A stretch of 64,000 bases of DNA, from contig JBAXWY010000006.1 of assembly GCA_037128175.1 (NCBI GenBank), positions 1 through 64,000 on the forward strand, read 5' to 3'. Below are positions 39,847 to 51,852 of the stretch, in pieces (within the stretch, counting starts at the first letter, position 1; each line of letters begins with the position of its first letter). A program made the position numbers and the translations under genes. Source of the stretch: Methanothrix sp. (GTDB lineage Archaea > Halobacteriota > Methanosarcinia > Methanotrichales > Methanotrichaceae). Below the pieces are notes generated by a model. The model was not told the origin of the DNA. It saw only the letters and a program-made list of their open reading frames with translations, and searched no databases.

Positions 39847-41241
39847 ATGGCGCGCTTGGTAATGAAGTTTGGTGGTGTTTCCGTTGCTGACGGAAACAGA
39901 CTGCGGCATGTAGGAGATCTGGTCTTACATTTTAGCCGCGACAATGAGATAGTTTTGGTTACTTCCGCCCTGCAAGGCGTCACTGACGACCTTTTGGCCT
40001 GTGCCAAAAAAGCAGCAAAGGAGGGAAATGTCTCAGAAGTGATCGATTTCATGGAGAAGCTCACGGATAGGCACAATCAGGCCATAACTGATGCCATAAA
40101 AGATCCTCAAATCGCCAAAGAGGTCAGTGAGACGATATCTAACAAGCTGTCTGAGCTCGAAAAAGCTTACATCGGCATCTGCTACCTGGGTGAGCTTACA
40201 GCACGCTCGTTGGATTATATATCCAGCTATGGCGAGCAACTGGCGGCGCCCATTCTCGCAGGAGTCTTGAGAGATATGGGCATACCCTCTTTGCACTATA
40301 CCGGCTCAGAGGCAGGAATCATCACCGACAGTAACTATGGCGACTGCAGGCCCTTAGAGAAGACCTACAATTTAATTCCCCAAAGGCTCTTGCCGCTCAA
40401 GGGCGTTCCCGTGGTCACTGGCTTCATCGCCAAGGACGAAAAGGGCACGATTACCACCTTAGGGCGGGGTGGCTCGGATCTGTCCGCCTCGCTCATCGGG
40501 GCGGCTATTGATGCCGATGAGATCTGGTTCTGGAAGGAGACATACGGCATAATGACTACCGATCCCAAGATCGTGCCCGAGGCCAGGTCTATTCCCTCCA
40601 TCTCCTACCGGGAGGCTATGGAGCTGTCCAACTTCGGGGCCAAGGTCTTGCACCCCCGCTCCATTGAGCCTGCCATCCGAAAAGGCATCCCTGTGCGTGT
40701 TAAATGCACCTTCGATCCCGATATCCCCGGCACACTAATAGTGCATGAAGTTGTACCCAAAGCGGATGTGATAAAGGCAGTTACACTGCACAAGAATGTG
40801 GCTCTGCTCAACATTTCCGGGGCAGGCATGATTGGAACGCTGGGCGTCGCGGCGCGCGCTTTTTCTGCTCTCGCCAAGGCAGGCATCAATATAGTCATGA
40901 TCAGCCAGGGATCGTCGGAGGTCAATATCTCCATGATCATTGAGGAGCGGCAGGTGGAGAAAGCAGAAGATGCCCTAAGAGCCGAGTTTCCCAGAGATCT
41001 GGTCAAGGATATCTCGCACGATCACGATGTCTGCGCTGTGGCAGTTGTAGGCGCTGGAATGGAGGGCACACCGGGCGTTGCCGCGCGAGTCTTCAAGGCC
41101 ATGGGCGCGGCCAGGATAAATGTGGTCATGATCAGCCAGGCATCGGGTCAGCTTAACATCTCCTTTGTGGTCGCTTCCAAGGATGCAGAGCAGGCAGTAA
41201 GAGAGCTGCACCGTGAGTTTTGCCTGGGAGGAGAAGCATGA
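39847..41241 (+). CDS. lysC: Aspartate kinase
   Basis: MKFGGVSV, LGRGGSD, GAKVLHP, two ACT domains. Confidence 0.95.
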   Translation: MARLVMKFGGVSVADGNRLRHVGDLVLHFSRDNEIVLVTSALQGVTDDLLACAKKAAKEGNVSEVIDFMEKLTDRHNQAITDAIKDPQIAKEVSETISNKLSELEKAYIGICYLGELTARSLDYISSYGEQLAAPILAGVLRDMGIPSLHYTGSEAGIITDSNYGDCRPLEKTYNLIPQRLLPLKGVPVVTGFIAKDEKGTITTLGRGGSDLSASLIGAAIDADEIWFWKETYGIMTTDPKIVPEARSIPSISYREAMELSNFGAKVLHPRSIEPAIRKGIPVRVKCTFDPDIPGTLIVHEVVPKADVIKAVTLHKNVALLNISGAGMIGTLGVAARAFSALAKAGINIVMISQGSSEVNISMIIEERQVEKAEDALRAEFPRDLVKDISHDHDVCAVAVVGAGMEGTPGVAARVFKAMGAARINVVMISQASGQLNISFVVASKDAEQAVRELHREFCLGGEA

Positions 41242-42233
41242 AGGGGCTGACGTATGCAGAGGCGGGCGTGGATATTCACCAGGAGAACCGATCCATTGAT
41301 GCCATGAAGGCCGTGCTGACGACAAAACGTAAGGGCTTCGGAGCGCCCATGACCGAGATCGGCCACTACGCCGGACTCCTGGATATGGGCAGCTTTGCCC
41401 TGGCCATGACCACAGATGGTGTGGGTTCCAAGGTCCTCATTGCCAATGCGATTTCCAAGTGGGATACGATCGGCATCGACTGCATCGCCATGAATGTCAA
41501 CGACCTTTATGCTATCGGGGCCGAGCCCATCGCCTTTGTGGACTATCTGGCCGTAGAGAAGGTGGACCCTGAGCGTGCAGGGCAAATTGCGATAGGCTTG
41601 GCCCGCGGCGCCGAGATATCCAATATGACCATTGTGGGAGGGGAGACGGCTTCCTTGCCAGAGATCATTCGGGGCTTCGACCTGGCAGGCACCGCCATCG
41701 GCGTCGTGGACAAGGACAAAGTTGTGACGGGCGAGAAGATCCAACTGGGTGATGCTCTGGTGGGCGTGCCCAGCAGCGGCCTGCACAGCAACGGCTATAC
41801 TTTGGCCCGGCGCATCATTGCCGAGTCCAAGTACACCTACTTCGACCGCATGCCCGGCGGGAAAAATACCATTGGAGAAGAGTTGCTCACACCCACCCGG
41901 ATCTACCCCGAGATCGTGAAACTGGTGCAGGAGTGCGATGTGCATGGCCTCGCCCACATCACCGGCTCGGGCCTTCTCAAGCTGCGCCGCATCTCGCAAT
42001 TGGGCTTTGAGATCACCGATCCACTGGAACCGCAATCCATCTTCCGCTTCCTGCAGGAGCTGGGCAATGTGGATGAGGCAGAGATGTACCGCACATTCAA
42101 CATGGGCATGGGCTTCGTGGTCGTAGTAGCCGAAGATGAGGCCCAAAAGGCCTGCCGTATCATGGGGCCGGGCGCAAAGGTAATCGGATCGATTGTAAAA
42201 GAAGGAATAAAAGCAGGCCGCATGACCTTCTAG
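41238..42233 (+). CDS. purM: Phosphoribosylaminoimidazole synthetase
   Basis: YAEAGVDI, DGVGSK, GGETA, SSGLHSNG, FNMG. Confidence 0.96.
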   Translation: MKGLTYAEAGVDIHQENRSIDAMKAVLTTKRKGFGAPMTEIGHYAGLLDMGSFALAMTTDGVGSKVLIANAISKWDTIGIDCIAMNVNDLYAIGAEPIAFVDYLAVEKVDPERAGQIAIGLARGAEISNMTIVGGETASLPEIIRGFDLAGTAIGVVDKDKVVTGEKIQLGDALVGVPSSGLHSNGYTLARRIIAESKYTYFDRMPGGKNTIGEELLTPTRIYPEIVKLVQECDVHGLAHITGSGLLKLRRISQLGFEITDPLEPQSIFRFLQELGNVDEAEMYRTFNMGMGFVVVVAEDEAQKACRIMGPGAKVIGSIVKEGIKAGRMTF

Positions 42234-43000
42234 GCCTGCTGCTTTTTTTCGCCGAACATCTCTTCTAATTTGGTCTTAATCTTTCGTATGGATTCTATGG
42301 CCGGGCAATTCACATCAATGGGCGGCTTGCCTGCCAGGTCCGCTTCTACCAGACATTTGTCAAAGGGAATGGTTCCCAGGACCGGTATGCCCATCAAGGC
42401 CAGCTTCTCGGCCACGGGACCCGGGTCGTCGGCCTTGTTTATGACGGCAAAGTACCTGGTAATGCCGATCTCCTTGCCCAGATGCATTATCCTCTCCACG
42501 GTCTCAATGGATCTCATGCCCGGTTCTACCACGGCGATCATGGCATCGACCCCGCGAGCTGTGGCCCTGCCTAAGTGCTCGATGCCAGCTTCCATGTCCA
42601 TGATCACCAGATCCTTTTCCCGAACGATGACGTGCCTGATGAGTGCTTTGACAAAGGCATTGGCCGGACACATGCAGCCCGAGCCGCCGGAATCGATGGT
42701 ACCCATGACCACCAGCTTGACATTGTCGGGCCCGGTGCAGCCGCACATGGCCACCACGTCGTCTACCTTGGGATTCATCTTGAACATGCCGCCGGGCATG
42801 CCCGCCCGCTCCTCAACCAGGTCTTTGTGCTCGGTGACGGGCTTGGGCAAATTCGGGATGCCCAGAGCTGAGCCCAGGTTCATGCTCGGGTCCGCGTCAA
42901 TCGCCAGAACATTGTAGCCGTCGCGGGCAAAGAGACGGGCTAAGGTGCCGGCCAGGGTGGTCTTACCCACACCGCCTTTTCCTGAAATTGCGATCTTCAT
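42230..43000 (-). CDS. cooC: CooC/AcsF-type nickel-insertion ATPase
   Basis: GKGGVGKT, DADP, GCMCP, DMEAGIEHLGR. Confidence 0.92.
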   Translation of the reverse strand: MKIAISGKGGVGKTTLAGTLARLFARDGYNVLAIDADPSMNLGSALGIPNLPKPVTEHKDLVEERAGMPGGMFKMNPKVDDVVAMCGCTGPDNVKLVVMGTIDSGGSGCMCPANAFVKALIRHVIVREKDLVIMDMEAGIEHLGRATARGVDAMIAVVEPGMRSIETVERIMHLGKEIGITRYFAVINKADDPGPVAEKLALMGIPVLGTIPFDKCLVEADLAGKPPIDVNCPAIESIRKIKTKLEEMFGEKKQQA

Positions 43001-43088
43001 TTTTATAAACCTCGTGAGAATGATTAAGTCTATTTCTAGCATGTACGTTTATATCGATTCTGCATGATAACAGTAGCGGGGCGCTGCA

Positions 43089-44882
43089 ATGATCAAGAGC
43101 ATCAGAAAGAGCGGTGACGAGACCGAAAGACTTGGCCAAGAGAGGATTGCCGCAGCCCTTGCCGACGACATTTTGCTCTCCAGCAATGCCGCTACAATTC
43201 TCAAGAAGAGATATCTACGTCGCGACGAGCGCGGGGCCATCGCGGAGACACCGGGAGAGATGTTCGAACACGTGGCCGCTCATGTCTCGCAAGCTGAGAT
43301 AAAGCATGGAGGCAATGAAAAAAATTTCTGCAGAAAATTTTTAAAGATGATGCGTGACCTGGAATTTCTGCCCAACTCCCCCACGCTCATGAACGCAGGG
43401 CTGCCGCTGGGGCAGCTCTCCGCCTGCTTCGTCCTACCCGTAGAGGACTCTCTCGCCGGTATCTTCGAGGCTCTGAAGAGCATGGCCCTCATCCACCAGA
43501 GCGGGGGGGGCACTGGCTTCTCCTTCTCCCGGCTGCGGCCTAAAAATGATGTGGTGCGCGCGACGGGCGGAGTGGCCAGCGGCCCGGTATCCTTCATGCG
43601 CATCTTCGACACGGCCACGGATGTGATCAAGCAGGGAGGCCGCCGCCGGGGCGCCAACATGGCCACGCTACGCGTCGATCACCCGGACATCCTGGAGTTC
43701 ATCCAGGCCAAGGAGAAGCCGGGGTTTTTGGAGAACTTCAACATCTCTGTGGCGGCAACCGATGAGTTCATGCACGCGGCGCGGCAGGGCGAAGAGATCG
43801 AGCTGATCAATCCGCGGACCGGCCAGGTCGCGGGACATATCAATGCCAGAGAGACAATGGACTGCATCGCTAACTCTGCCTGGCGAGGTGGCGATCCGGG
43901 CATGATCTTCATAGACAGGATCAATGCCGCTCACCCTCTGCCTGGCCTGATTGAGAGCACCAATCCCTGCGGCGAGCAGCCGCTGCTTCCTTTCGAATCC
44001 TGTAACCTGGGCTCCATCAATCTCGCCAAGCTGGTGGAGAGGGGCGAGATGAACTGGGAACGACTGGGGGAGCTGGTCTCATTGGCAGTGCGCTTCCTGG
44101 ACGATGTCATCGATATGAACTGCTACCCTTTGCAGCAAATCGAAGAGACCACCTTGCAGTCGCGAAAGATCGGTCTGGGGGTGATGGGCTTTGCCGAAAT
44201 GCTCATCCTGATGAATATCTCCTACAACTCCCTGGAAGCCGTGCGCCTGGCGGAAGGGATCATGAAATTTATCACCCAGGCGGCGCGCGCGGCGTCAGCA
44301 GAGCTGGGCGAAGAGCGCGGCTCTTTTCCGCTCTTCGAAGAGTCCCGGCTCAAGAATTGGAGCGCCATGAGAAACGCCACGGTGACTACCATCGCACCCA
44401 CGGGCACCATCAGCATCATCGCGGGGACATCCAGCGGCATTGAGCCGCTCTTTGCGCTGGCTTTTGTGCGCCGGGTGCTGGAGGGAGCGCGGCTTTTGGA
44501 GGTCTCGCCCCTCTTTGAGGGCGCAGCCGCAGCGCGCGGCATCTACAGCTCGGAGATGAAGGCTGAGCTGGCCAAAAAGGGCTCGGCAGCGGATATGGCG
44601 GGCGTGCCCCAGGATCTGAAGGACCTTTTTGTAACGGCTCTGGACATCCCTTCCGAGCAGCACGTGCGCATCCAGGCCGCCTTCCAGAAGTACACAGACA
44701 ACGCCGTCTCCAAGACTGTGAACCTTCCCGAGAGCGCCACGGTGGACGATGTATTGCGGGTCTTCAACATGGCTTACGACCTGGGCTGCAAGGGCGTCAC
44801 CGTCTTTCGCTACGGCAGCAAAAGCCAGGTGCTCTATCTGGGCAACGGCGAGACGGTGCCGGGGTGCAAGTACTGCGGGTGA
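43089..44882 (+). CDS. nrdJ: Adenosylcobalamin-dependent (class II) ribonucleotide reductase
   Basis: [42 protein letters not shown]. Confidence 0.92.
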   Translation: MIKSIRKSGDETERLGQERIAAALADDILLSSNAATILKKRYLRRDERGAIAETPGEMFEHVAAHVSQAEIKHGGNEKNFCRKFLKMMRDLEFLPNSPTLMNAGLPLGQLSACFVLPVEDSLAGIFEALKSMALIHQSGGGTGFSFSRLRPKNDVVRATGGVASGPVSFMRIFDTATDVIKQGGRRRGANMATLRVDHPDILEFIQAKEKPGFLENFNISVAATDEFMHAARQGEEIELINPRTGQVAGHINARETMDCIANSAWRGGDPGMIFIDRINAAHPLPGLIESTNPCGEQPLLPFESCNLGSINLAKLVERGEMNWERLGELVSLAVRFLDDVIDMNCYPLQQIEETTLQSRKIGLGVMGFAEMLILMNISYNSLEAVRLAEGIMKFITQAARAASAELGEERGSFPLFEESRLKNWSAMRNATVTTIAPTGTISIIAGTSSGIEPLFALAFVRRVLEGARLLEVSPLFEGAAAARGIYSSEMKAELAKKGSAADMAGVPQDLKDLFVTALDIPSEQHVRIQAAFQKYTDNAVSKTVNLPESATVDDVLRVFNMAYDLGCKGVTVFRYGSKSQVLYLGNGETVPGCKYCG

Positions 44883-44963
44883 GCTATGAATACAAGAGAA
44901 GGCGATGCCAAGAGCGGTCGTAACTCAAAAGAATTTTATTGAAAGCAGACGTTATCTCGTAGT

Positions 44964-46592
44964 ATGTACAGACAAAATTCCCGGAAATGCACCCATCAAT
45001 CAGCGATTGTCCTACTCTGTATTTTCGTTTCCTGTTCTTTAGCAGGACTCGCAGATGCAGAAAAAATAATTCCCACTAATTCGTCTAGCGACCAATTAAA
45101 TAATTCTGATCCGTCCGTTGGCATATCATCGAAAACCTTTCTCATCCCTCCGGGCATAATGCCCATTGTCGTACTGCAGGGAGAGCCCTACGAGATGGGA
45201 TATCAGTATGCACTTCAGGCGGAAGATTACATTGCAATCGTGCGGGACGCCGCCTGGGCCAGCGCCCTCTCAAAGAACTCATCGCCAGAGATCCTGCAGA
45301 CCTGCCAGGAATACCGGCAATATATCACAAGAGAGCTGCCCCAATTTAATTTTAGCTATTTTTTCCAGGGTATGACTGATGCCATGAACGATCAAGGTTT
45401 TCAGTTTGGCCCAGATGATCCGGTGGTGATGCTCTACTGGGGCGGACGACAGGGTCCTGAGCCTCCCGATCACTGCACGGCCATAGCCGCCTTCGGCAAC
45501 GCCACCGGCTGTGGTATGATCGCGGGAACAAATTTTGATTACTATCATCTGCCCTCTAATTCATATTCGATCATCCTTGCTCTCTATCCAAATTCAGGTA
45601 ATTCCTGTATCATTCCTTCCGGGGCAGGGCGAACAGGAAGCAATTCTGCCTTCAATGATAAGGGATTGATATACATCCTGGCGGCAGCATCTCAGAAGGG
45701 TCCCGGCGACAACGGCCCCGGCATTACCGGCTTTTTGGAGCTGCCCTACGTGGCCATGACCTGTGACACCGCCCCTGAGGCGGAAAAATTCCTCATCAAC
45801 TCGACCCGCATGTTCGGACTTAACCACCTCCTACTTGATGCAGGGGGCAATGCCACGGTCCTGGAAGCAACTCGGGCCAGATATGCCCTGAGAAAGGCCG
45901 GGGACAACAATGAGTCGGATTATCTGGTGGTGACCAACCATTATCTTAATCCCGTGATGAAACCCTCTCAACCGATTTGGGACCCACTGAAGTATTATCC
46001 ATCCAGCTATTATCGATACATCACCGCAGAGAAGATGATCGCCGACCAGCAGGGCAGATTCAACTATACAACAGCCGTGCAGACTTTCTCGTTAACCGAT
46101 TGGTGGGATGGGAAAGCATGGCATCTTGACGATCCCTGGAGCACCAACACCATCAACCGCTTCCGCCCTGATGTTGCCACTCTCTATTCGGCAATAGCCA
46201 TTCCCAGCGATCATAAAGTCTCCATCTGCACGGGAAATCCCGGCATGCCCTACTGGGGCACCTTGGCTTGCGGCCAGACAGGGACCTATGTCAACTTGAC
46301 TATGGGAAATAAGCCGGAAGACCTCGTATTTGACCTCAAAAAGGATGCATCGGCGGTCATGTGGATGACGGTCCAGGTGATGGAAAAGCAGCCAACGGAA
46401 AAAACCGCAAATTTATGGGCGGAAGCGGAAAACAATTACTGGGAAGCGATTTGGTGGCTTGACCGAGCCGTGCTGGAGAGAGAAGGTTCTGCAAAGGCGG
46501 CTGCCTGGGGAAGGTCGGCAACCAACTTTGCGGAAGTGATCGCGCAGGCAGAAATGATTCAGGAGCTTTGCCGGCCTCATCCGACAAATTGA
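44964..46592 (+). CDS. Secreted Ntn-hydrolase, peptidase C45 (AAT) family
   Basis: Signal peptide; GEPYEMGYQY; autoprocessing Cys in DH-CTAIAA; GTNFD; TNH. Confidence 0.8.
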   Translation: MYRQNSRKCTHQSAIVLLCIFVSCSLAGLADAEKIIPTNSSSDQLNNSDPSVGISSKTFLIPPGIMPIVVLQGEPYEMGYQYALQAEDYIAIVRDAAWASALSKNSSPEILQTCQEYRQYITRELPQFNFSYFFQGMTDAMNDQGFQFGPDDPVVMLYWGGRQGPEPPDHCTAIAAFGNATGCGMIAGTNFDYYHLPSNSYSIILALYPNSGNSCIIPSGAGRTGSNSAFNDKGLIYILAAASQKGPGDNGPGITGFLELPYVAMTCDTAPEAEKFLINSTRMFGLNHLLLDAGGNATVLEATRARYALRKAGDNNESDYLVVTNHYLNPVMKPSQPIWDPLKYYPSSYYRYITAEKMIADQQGRFNYTTAVQTFSLTDWWDGKAWHLDDPWSTNTINRFRPDVATLYSAIAIPSDHKVSICTGNPGMPYWGTLACGQTGTYVNLTMGNKPEDLVFDLKKDASAVMWMTVQVMEKQPTEKTANLWAEAENNYWEAIWWLDRAVLEREGSAKAAAWGRSATNFAEVIAQAEMIQELCRPHPTN

Positions 46593-46733
46593 TCTGCAAA
46601 GAATTGCCATTGGATGGAAAGGAGGAAAGGGCCAGAGGCTGCAAAAGGTAAAGGAGGGAGATTGTGTCGAAAAGCCGCCCCAGGCCACAAGCCATCAGCA
46701 AACCAATTACCCCTTATTAACTGTGTCGGTTGA

Positions 46734-47300
<567 letters not shown>

Positions 47301-47315
47301 ATTAAATAATACCAC

Positions 47316-48293
47316 TCAGGCCGTCGCGGCGGCCTGAGTGGTATTATTTCCCTGCATTGTTTCATTTAGCAATGTTTCGTTCACCATCGTTTCATTGCCG
47401 TCCGGGACAACAGGAACTGCTTGTGTGGAGACCATTAGACCCATGGAAAGGGGCTGGACCTTCTTGGCCTCGGCAGGAAGCTTGATACTTACGCTCTCAT
47501 TGAAGCCCTCAAAGATCATGGAGACCTCTGCATTTATTCGCATCTCCATTGTCCCGGATTCGTTGGCCTGCAGGCCTAAAGACTGAGGGGCCACGGTGAA
47601 GATTTCCAGTACATCCGTCTTCTTGAGAAGATGAGTATCTTTAGTGATCCAGTAGTAGACGTCCAGGCTCATATTGCGGAAGAGTTCGGAGTAGTTCATG
47701 CTCGGCATAGGCACAAGAGATGATGTCTCTCCGGCGAGCTGTTCGGCCACTGTGCTCATATCCATCTCCGCCCGGACTTTGTAGCAGTTCTGGCCCTCCA
47801 CCATCTCCGAGCCAATCAGAGAGAGGCGAGACTGATTGAACATTTTGAGCTGCCGGGTCATTGTGTTTTGCTGGGACCAGGCATTAGCCACACCGGGCAC
47901 CTTTATAGCCGTCCAGTTTCCATCCATCTTCATGTAGATGGTGTCGTTGATAAGATACTCCTCCAGAGCGATGGCGCTGGTGTTGTCCTCATCGCCCTTT
48001 GCATAAGTGAGTGAGGCCATGGACAGCTTTAGAGCATGATCGGTCATGTTGGCCATGCCGTAGCCTAAAGAGCGCGTGTAGAGTTTCTGGGAATCGCCCG
48101 CGGAGAGGTTGACCAGATCTATTTTCTGCTCCATCTCCAGGGAAAAGCGGTAGGACTCAAGACTGGCCGAAGAGTCGACCACCAGAGACTGCAAAGTTGA
48201 GGCTATCAATTCATCGAAGGTGCTATTCGTCTGGCCGAGCGCTGCAGGACAGCAGAGCAGCAGGGCCAGCGCCAAAAGCATAAAATATCTCAT
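47316..48293 (-). CDS. Secreted LolA/LppX-like (DUF6612-type) protein
   Basis: Signal peptide; DTIYMK..W, CYKV, YYWITKDT, IKLPAEA. Confidence 0.65.
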   Translation of the reverse strand: MRYFMLLALALLLCCPAALGQTNSTFDELIASTLQSLVVDSSASLESYRFSLEMEQKIDLVNLSAGDSQKLYTRSLGYGMANMTDHALKLSMASLTYAKGDEDNTSAIALEEYLINDTIYMKMDGNWTAIKVPGVANAWSQQNTMTRQLKMFNQSRLSLIGSEMVEGQNCYKVRAEMDMSTVAEQLAGETSSLVPMPSMNYSELFRNMSLDVYYWITKDTHLLKKTDVLEIFTVAPQSLGLQANESGTMEMRINAEVSMIFEGFNESVSIKLPAEAKKVQPLSMGLMVSTQAVPVVPDGNETMVNETLLNETMQGNNTTQAAATA

Positions 48294-48451
48294 GGCCGGG
48301 GAGATGGTGGAATGGAGGTAAATCCTTTTTGCTTCTTTTCAGAAAATCGCCTCAGTTTTGCGTCAAAGATTCTAGGAAATAAAGAATAGGATGCTGATCG
48401 AGGAATCCATCAGATTAAAGTATATCATAATCTATCGTACCTTAGATCTAA

Positions 48452-51265
48452 ATGAAAAACGATTGGATGCGAGCCGGAGAATTTTCCCAATACCTCTGTG
48501 AGAATGAGGTATTGGGAATCTATCAGACATCTGCAGCAGGACGCTATGTGATTGCGAACCCAGCTCTTGCTCACATCCTGGGATATGATTCTCCGGAGGA
48601 TTTGATCAATTCCATCACAGACATCGATAGGCAAGTTTTTGTCGATCCCTTCCGGTGCCTGGTGTTTCATCGCCTCCTGAAAGAAACGGGCAGCGTGAAG
48701 AACTTCGAGGCAGAACTATTTCGCAAGAACGGGGAACGGGTCTGGATTTCCATCCAGGCCGATGCGATAAATGACCAGAATAATATAGCTTTATCTTACC
48801 AGGGATTTCTGTTAGATATCACTGAACAAAAAAACGTGGAAAAGTCTCTGAAAAGGTCGGAAGAAAAATATCGAACGCTTGTGGAGAACCTCAACGATGT
48901 TATCTTTACCTTGGACAACGCTGGCCGCATCATTTACGTAAGTCCAGTAGTGGAACCGCTGCTGGGATACAAGCCAAAAGAAGTAATTGGAGAAGACTTT
49001 GCGGCATTCATTCATCCCGATGACCTGCCCGGCCTGACGGACAGTTTCTACAAAACGATGCAAGGCAAGCTTGAGCCTTACGAATTCCGCATACTTGACA
49101 ATCGCAATCAATACAGGCAGGTAAGGACTACCAGCAGGCCTGAGATTGACGAACTGGGTCGGTCATTGGGAATAACCGGGCTTTTGTCCGACATCACTAA
49201 GCAAAAGCAAAAAGATGATGCAGAGCAGGAATCGGAAAGTAAACTGAAAGCGATTATTGAGTTTCTCCCGGATGCAACCTTTGTCATAGATCTAGAAGGA
49301 AAGGTAATCGCCTGGAACCGGGCCATGGAGGAGATGACCGGGGTCAACAAGAAGGATATGATCGGACAAGGAAATCATGCTTATGCCATCCCGTTCTATG
49401 GTGAAAGACGACGACAGTTGCTGGATCTATTAGATAAGAACGATAAAGAAATTGCATGCAACTATCGATATGTGCGACGAAAAGGGAATACACTCTACGC
49501 AGAAATATTTACCCCGGCATTGTTCGGTGGCAGAGGGGCAAATGTATGGGCAACGGGAGCACCGATCTTCGATGCCAAAGGAAAGCGCCTGGGTGCCATA
49601 GAATCCATTCGCGACATCACCGAGAGCAAGAGAGCAAAAGAAGAGCTGCAGGAATCCAAGGACTACCTGGAAAAGATAATCAATTCCATAGGCGATCCCT
49701 TATTCGTCAAGAATCGGCAGCATCAATTTGTTTTGGTAAACAACGCATTTTGTGCATTATCGGGCCGCAGTTGTGAGGAACTCCTGGGAAAGATGGACTA
49801 CGACTTCTTCCCGGAAGAGCAAGTTGACGTTTTCCTGGAGAAGGACGAGCGGGTCTTTGAGACGGGAAAAGAGAACGTGAATGAGGAAACAATTACGGAT
49901 TCCCAAGGAGTCGATCGCACCATAATAACCAAGAAGACGTTGTATACGGACATTTCCGGGAACAGGTTTATCGTGGGAATCATCCGGGATATAACCGAGC
50001 GCAAGTGGGCGGAAGAGGAGCTGCAAAAGACCAACCGGCAATTAAAGCAATCAATTGCCAAGGCCAATGAACTGGCCGGTCTGGCCGGAAAGGCCAACGC
50101 CGCCAAGAGCGAATTTTTGGCCAACATGAGCCATGAGATCCGCACGCCCTTGAACGGCGTCATAGGCATGACCGAATTACTCTTGGACACGGATTTGAAT
50201 AGCGAGCAAGAGGAATACGCCCAAACCATCAACATGAGCGGCGAAGCGCTGCTGGCACTCATCAACGATATTCTGGATTTCTCCAAGATTGAGGCCAATA
50301 AGCTGGTGATGGAGAAACGAGAATTCGACCTGCACTCCGTTCTTAAGTATACAACCGATCTCCTGGCCAGGAGCACCCAGGAAAAAGGCTTGCGGCTTAC
50401 CTGCCAGGTAGAGCCCGACGTACCGATGCTGCTGCGGGGCGATGCCGGAAGGCTCTGTCAGATTCTGGCCAACCTGGGAGGCAATGCCGCGAAGTTCACG
50501 AACCGGGGCAATATCCAGATCCAGGTAAGCGTGGAGAAAAGGGAAAAGAGAAATATCACGCTTCGCTTTTCGGTCAGCGATACCGGAATCGGCATCCCGG
50601 CCAACCGATTGAAGGCCCTGTTCACACCCTTCACGCAAGCAGACGGCTCCACCACAAGAAAATACGGCGGAACGGGCCTGGGTCTTGCCATCTCCAAACA
50701 ACTAGCCCAGATGATGAACGGCAAGATCGGAGCTAGAAGCGTTCCGGGAGTCGGATCTACGTTCTGGTTCACAGCCAGGTTCGAGAAGGTTCCCGACAAG
50801 CAAGCAGAGGAAGAAGTCTTGGACAGCAAGGTGCAAAAGGCGCCGGAAGCAGGCGATGTTCTATCTCTACCCGACAAGGTGCGCATCCTGTTGGTGGAGG
50901 ACAATCCCGTAAACCAGAGAGTCGCCCTGGCCATGCTGAAAAAGCTTGGCATCCGGACGGATGTGGCGGCCAATGGCCAGGAGGCGGTCCAGGCTCTGCA
51001 GACCGTAACTTACGATCTGGTGCTGATGGACTGCCAGATGCCTGAGATGGACGGTTTCGAGGCCACCCGCGCCGTCCGGCAAAAAGAGTCGGCGGCGAGC
51101 AGTCCGAGCATCCCCATCATCGCCATGACCGCTTCCGCCATGCAGGCCGACCGGGAGAAATGCCTTCAAGCGGGGATGAGCGATTTCATTGCCAAGCCGG
51201 TCCAACAGGGAGAGCTGGCCGAGATGCTGGCCAGATGGCTGGCCATATCTATTCGACCTTCTTGA
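48452..51265 (+). CDS. Cytoplasmic hybrid histidine kinase (4 PAS + HisKA + HATPase + REC)
   Basis: Four PAS/PAC repeats; [11 protein letters not shown]; DTGIGI; GGTGLGL; LMDCQMP. Confidence 0.95.
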   Translation: MKNDWMRAGEFSQYLCENEVLGIYQTSAAGRYVIANPALAHILGYDSPEDLINSITDIDRQVFVDPFRCLVFHRLLKETGSVKNFEAELFRKNGERVWISIQADAINDQNNIALSYQGFLLDITEQKNVEKSLKRSEEKYRTLVENLNDVIFTLDNAGRIIYVSPVVEPLLGYKPKEVIGEDFAAFIHPDDLPGLTDSFYKTMQGKLEPYEFRILDNRNQYRQVRTTSRPEIDELGRSLGITGLLSDITKQKQKDDAEQESESKLKAIIEFLPDATFVIDLEGKVIAWNRAMEEMTGVNKKDMIGQGNHAYAIPFYGERRRQLLDLLDKNDKEIACNYRYVRRKGNTLYAEIFTPALFGGRGANVWATGAPIFDAKGKRLGAIESIRDITESKRAKEELQESKDYLEKIINSIGDPLFVKNRQHQFVLVNNAFCALSGRSCEELLGKMDYDFFPEEQVDVFLEKDERVFETGKENVNEETITDSQGVDRTIITKKTLYTDISGNRFIVGIIRDITERKWAEEELQKTNRQLKQSIAKANELAGLAGKANAAKSEFLANMSHEIRTPLNGVIGMTELLLDTDLNSEQEEYAQTINMSGEALLALINDILDFSKIEANKLVMEKREFDLHSVLKYTTDLLARSTQEKGLRLTCQVEPDVPMLLRGDAGRLCQILANLGGNAAKFTNRGNIQIQVSVEKREKRNITLRFSVSDTGIGIPANRLKALFTPFTQADGSTTRKYGGTGLGLAISKQLAQMMNGKIGARSVPGVGSTFWFTARFEKVPDKQAEEEVLDSKVQKAPEAGDVLSLPDKVRILLVEDNPVNQRVALAMLKKLGIRTDVAANGQEAVQALQTVTYDLVLMDCQMPEMDGFEATRAVRQKESAASSPSIPIIAMTASAMQADREKCLQAGMSDFIAKPVQQGELAEMLARWLAISIRPS

Positions 51266-51746
51266 ACATCGATCCTTTCACCCCGCAGACCGGGCACTTC
51301 TCGGGAGCTTCCTTCTCCACAGTCATGCCGCAGACCGGGCAGACGAAGTAGGGGTAGCTCTCCTTCTTGGTCTCCAGGCTTTCCAGCATATCATGATAGA
51401 GCCGGGCGTGGTATTCCTCTACCGCATTGGCATAATTGAAGCTCCTCTCGGCGTCCCTGGCACCCTCGGCCTTGGCTGCCGCGATCATCTCAGGATACAT
51501 CTCCTTGAACTCGTGCGTCTCGCCAGCGATGGCCTCGCGCAGGTTCTCCTTGCTGGTCTTGATGGCTTTCAAAGCGCGCAGGTGGTTGGCAGCGTGCACG
51601 GCCTCCGCCTCGGCGGCAGCCCTAAAGAGCTTGGCAGCTTGGGGAAAGCCTTCTTTATCGGCCTGGGCGGCAAAAGCGGTGTACTTCCTGTTCGCCTGCG
51701 ACTCTCCGGAAAAAGCCTCCATCAAGAAATCCTCAGTCTTGGTCAT
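51249..51746 (-). CDS. Rubrerythrin
   Basis: GESQANRKY, EAVH, EEYH, CPVCG..CPVCG. Confidence 0.95.
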   Translation of the reverse strand: MTKTEDFLMEAFSGESQANRKYTAFAAQADKEGFPQAAKLFRAAAEAEAVHAANHLRALKAIKTSKENLREAIAGETHEFKEMYPEMIAAAKAEGARDAERSFNYANAVEEYHARLYHDMLESLETKKESYPYFVCPVCGMTVEKEAPEKCPVCGVKGSMFKKVE

Positions 51747-51852
51747 TTTTAATCACACCATGCTAACTTGGCAGACAAATAAGTTAAGACTTTTGTCCCC
51801 CGGCCAGATCTGTCATCTATAAATTCTCAGAGGTGGAAAGACTGCCTTGCAA

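Noticed and set aside
44909-44930. Possible IS ends flanking the C45 gene (agagcggtcgtaactca; ctgtgtcggttgaag at 46721)
   Set aside because: They do not match each other and have no partner or TSD in the window.
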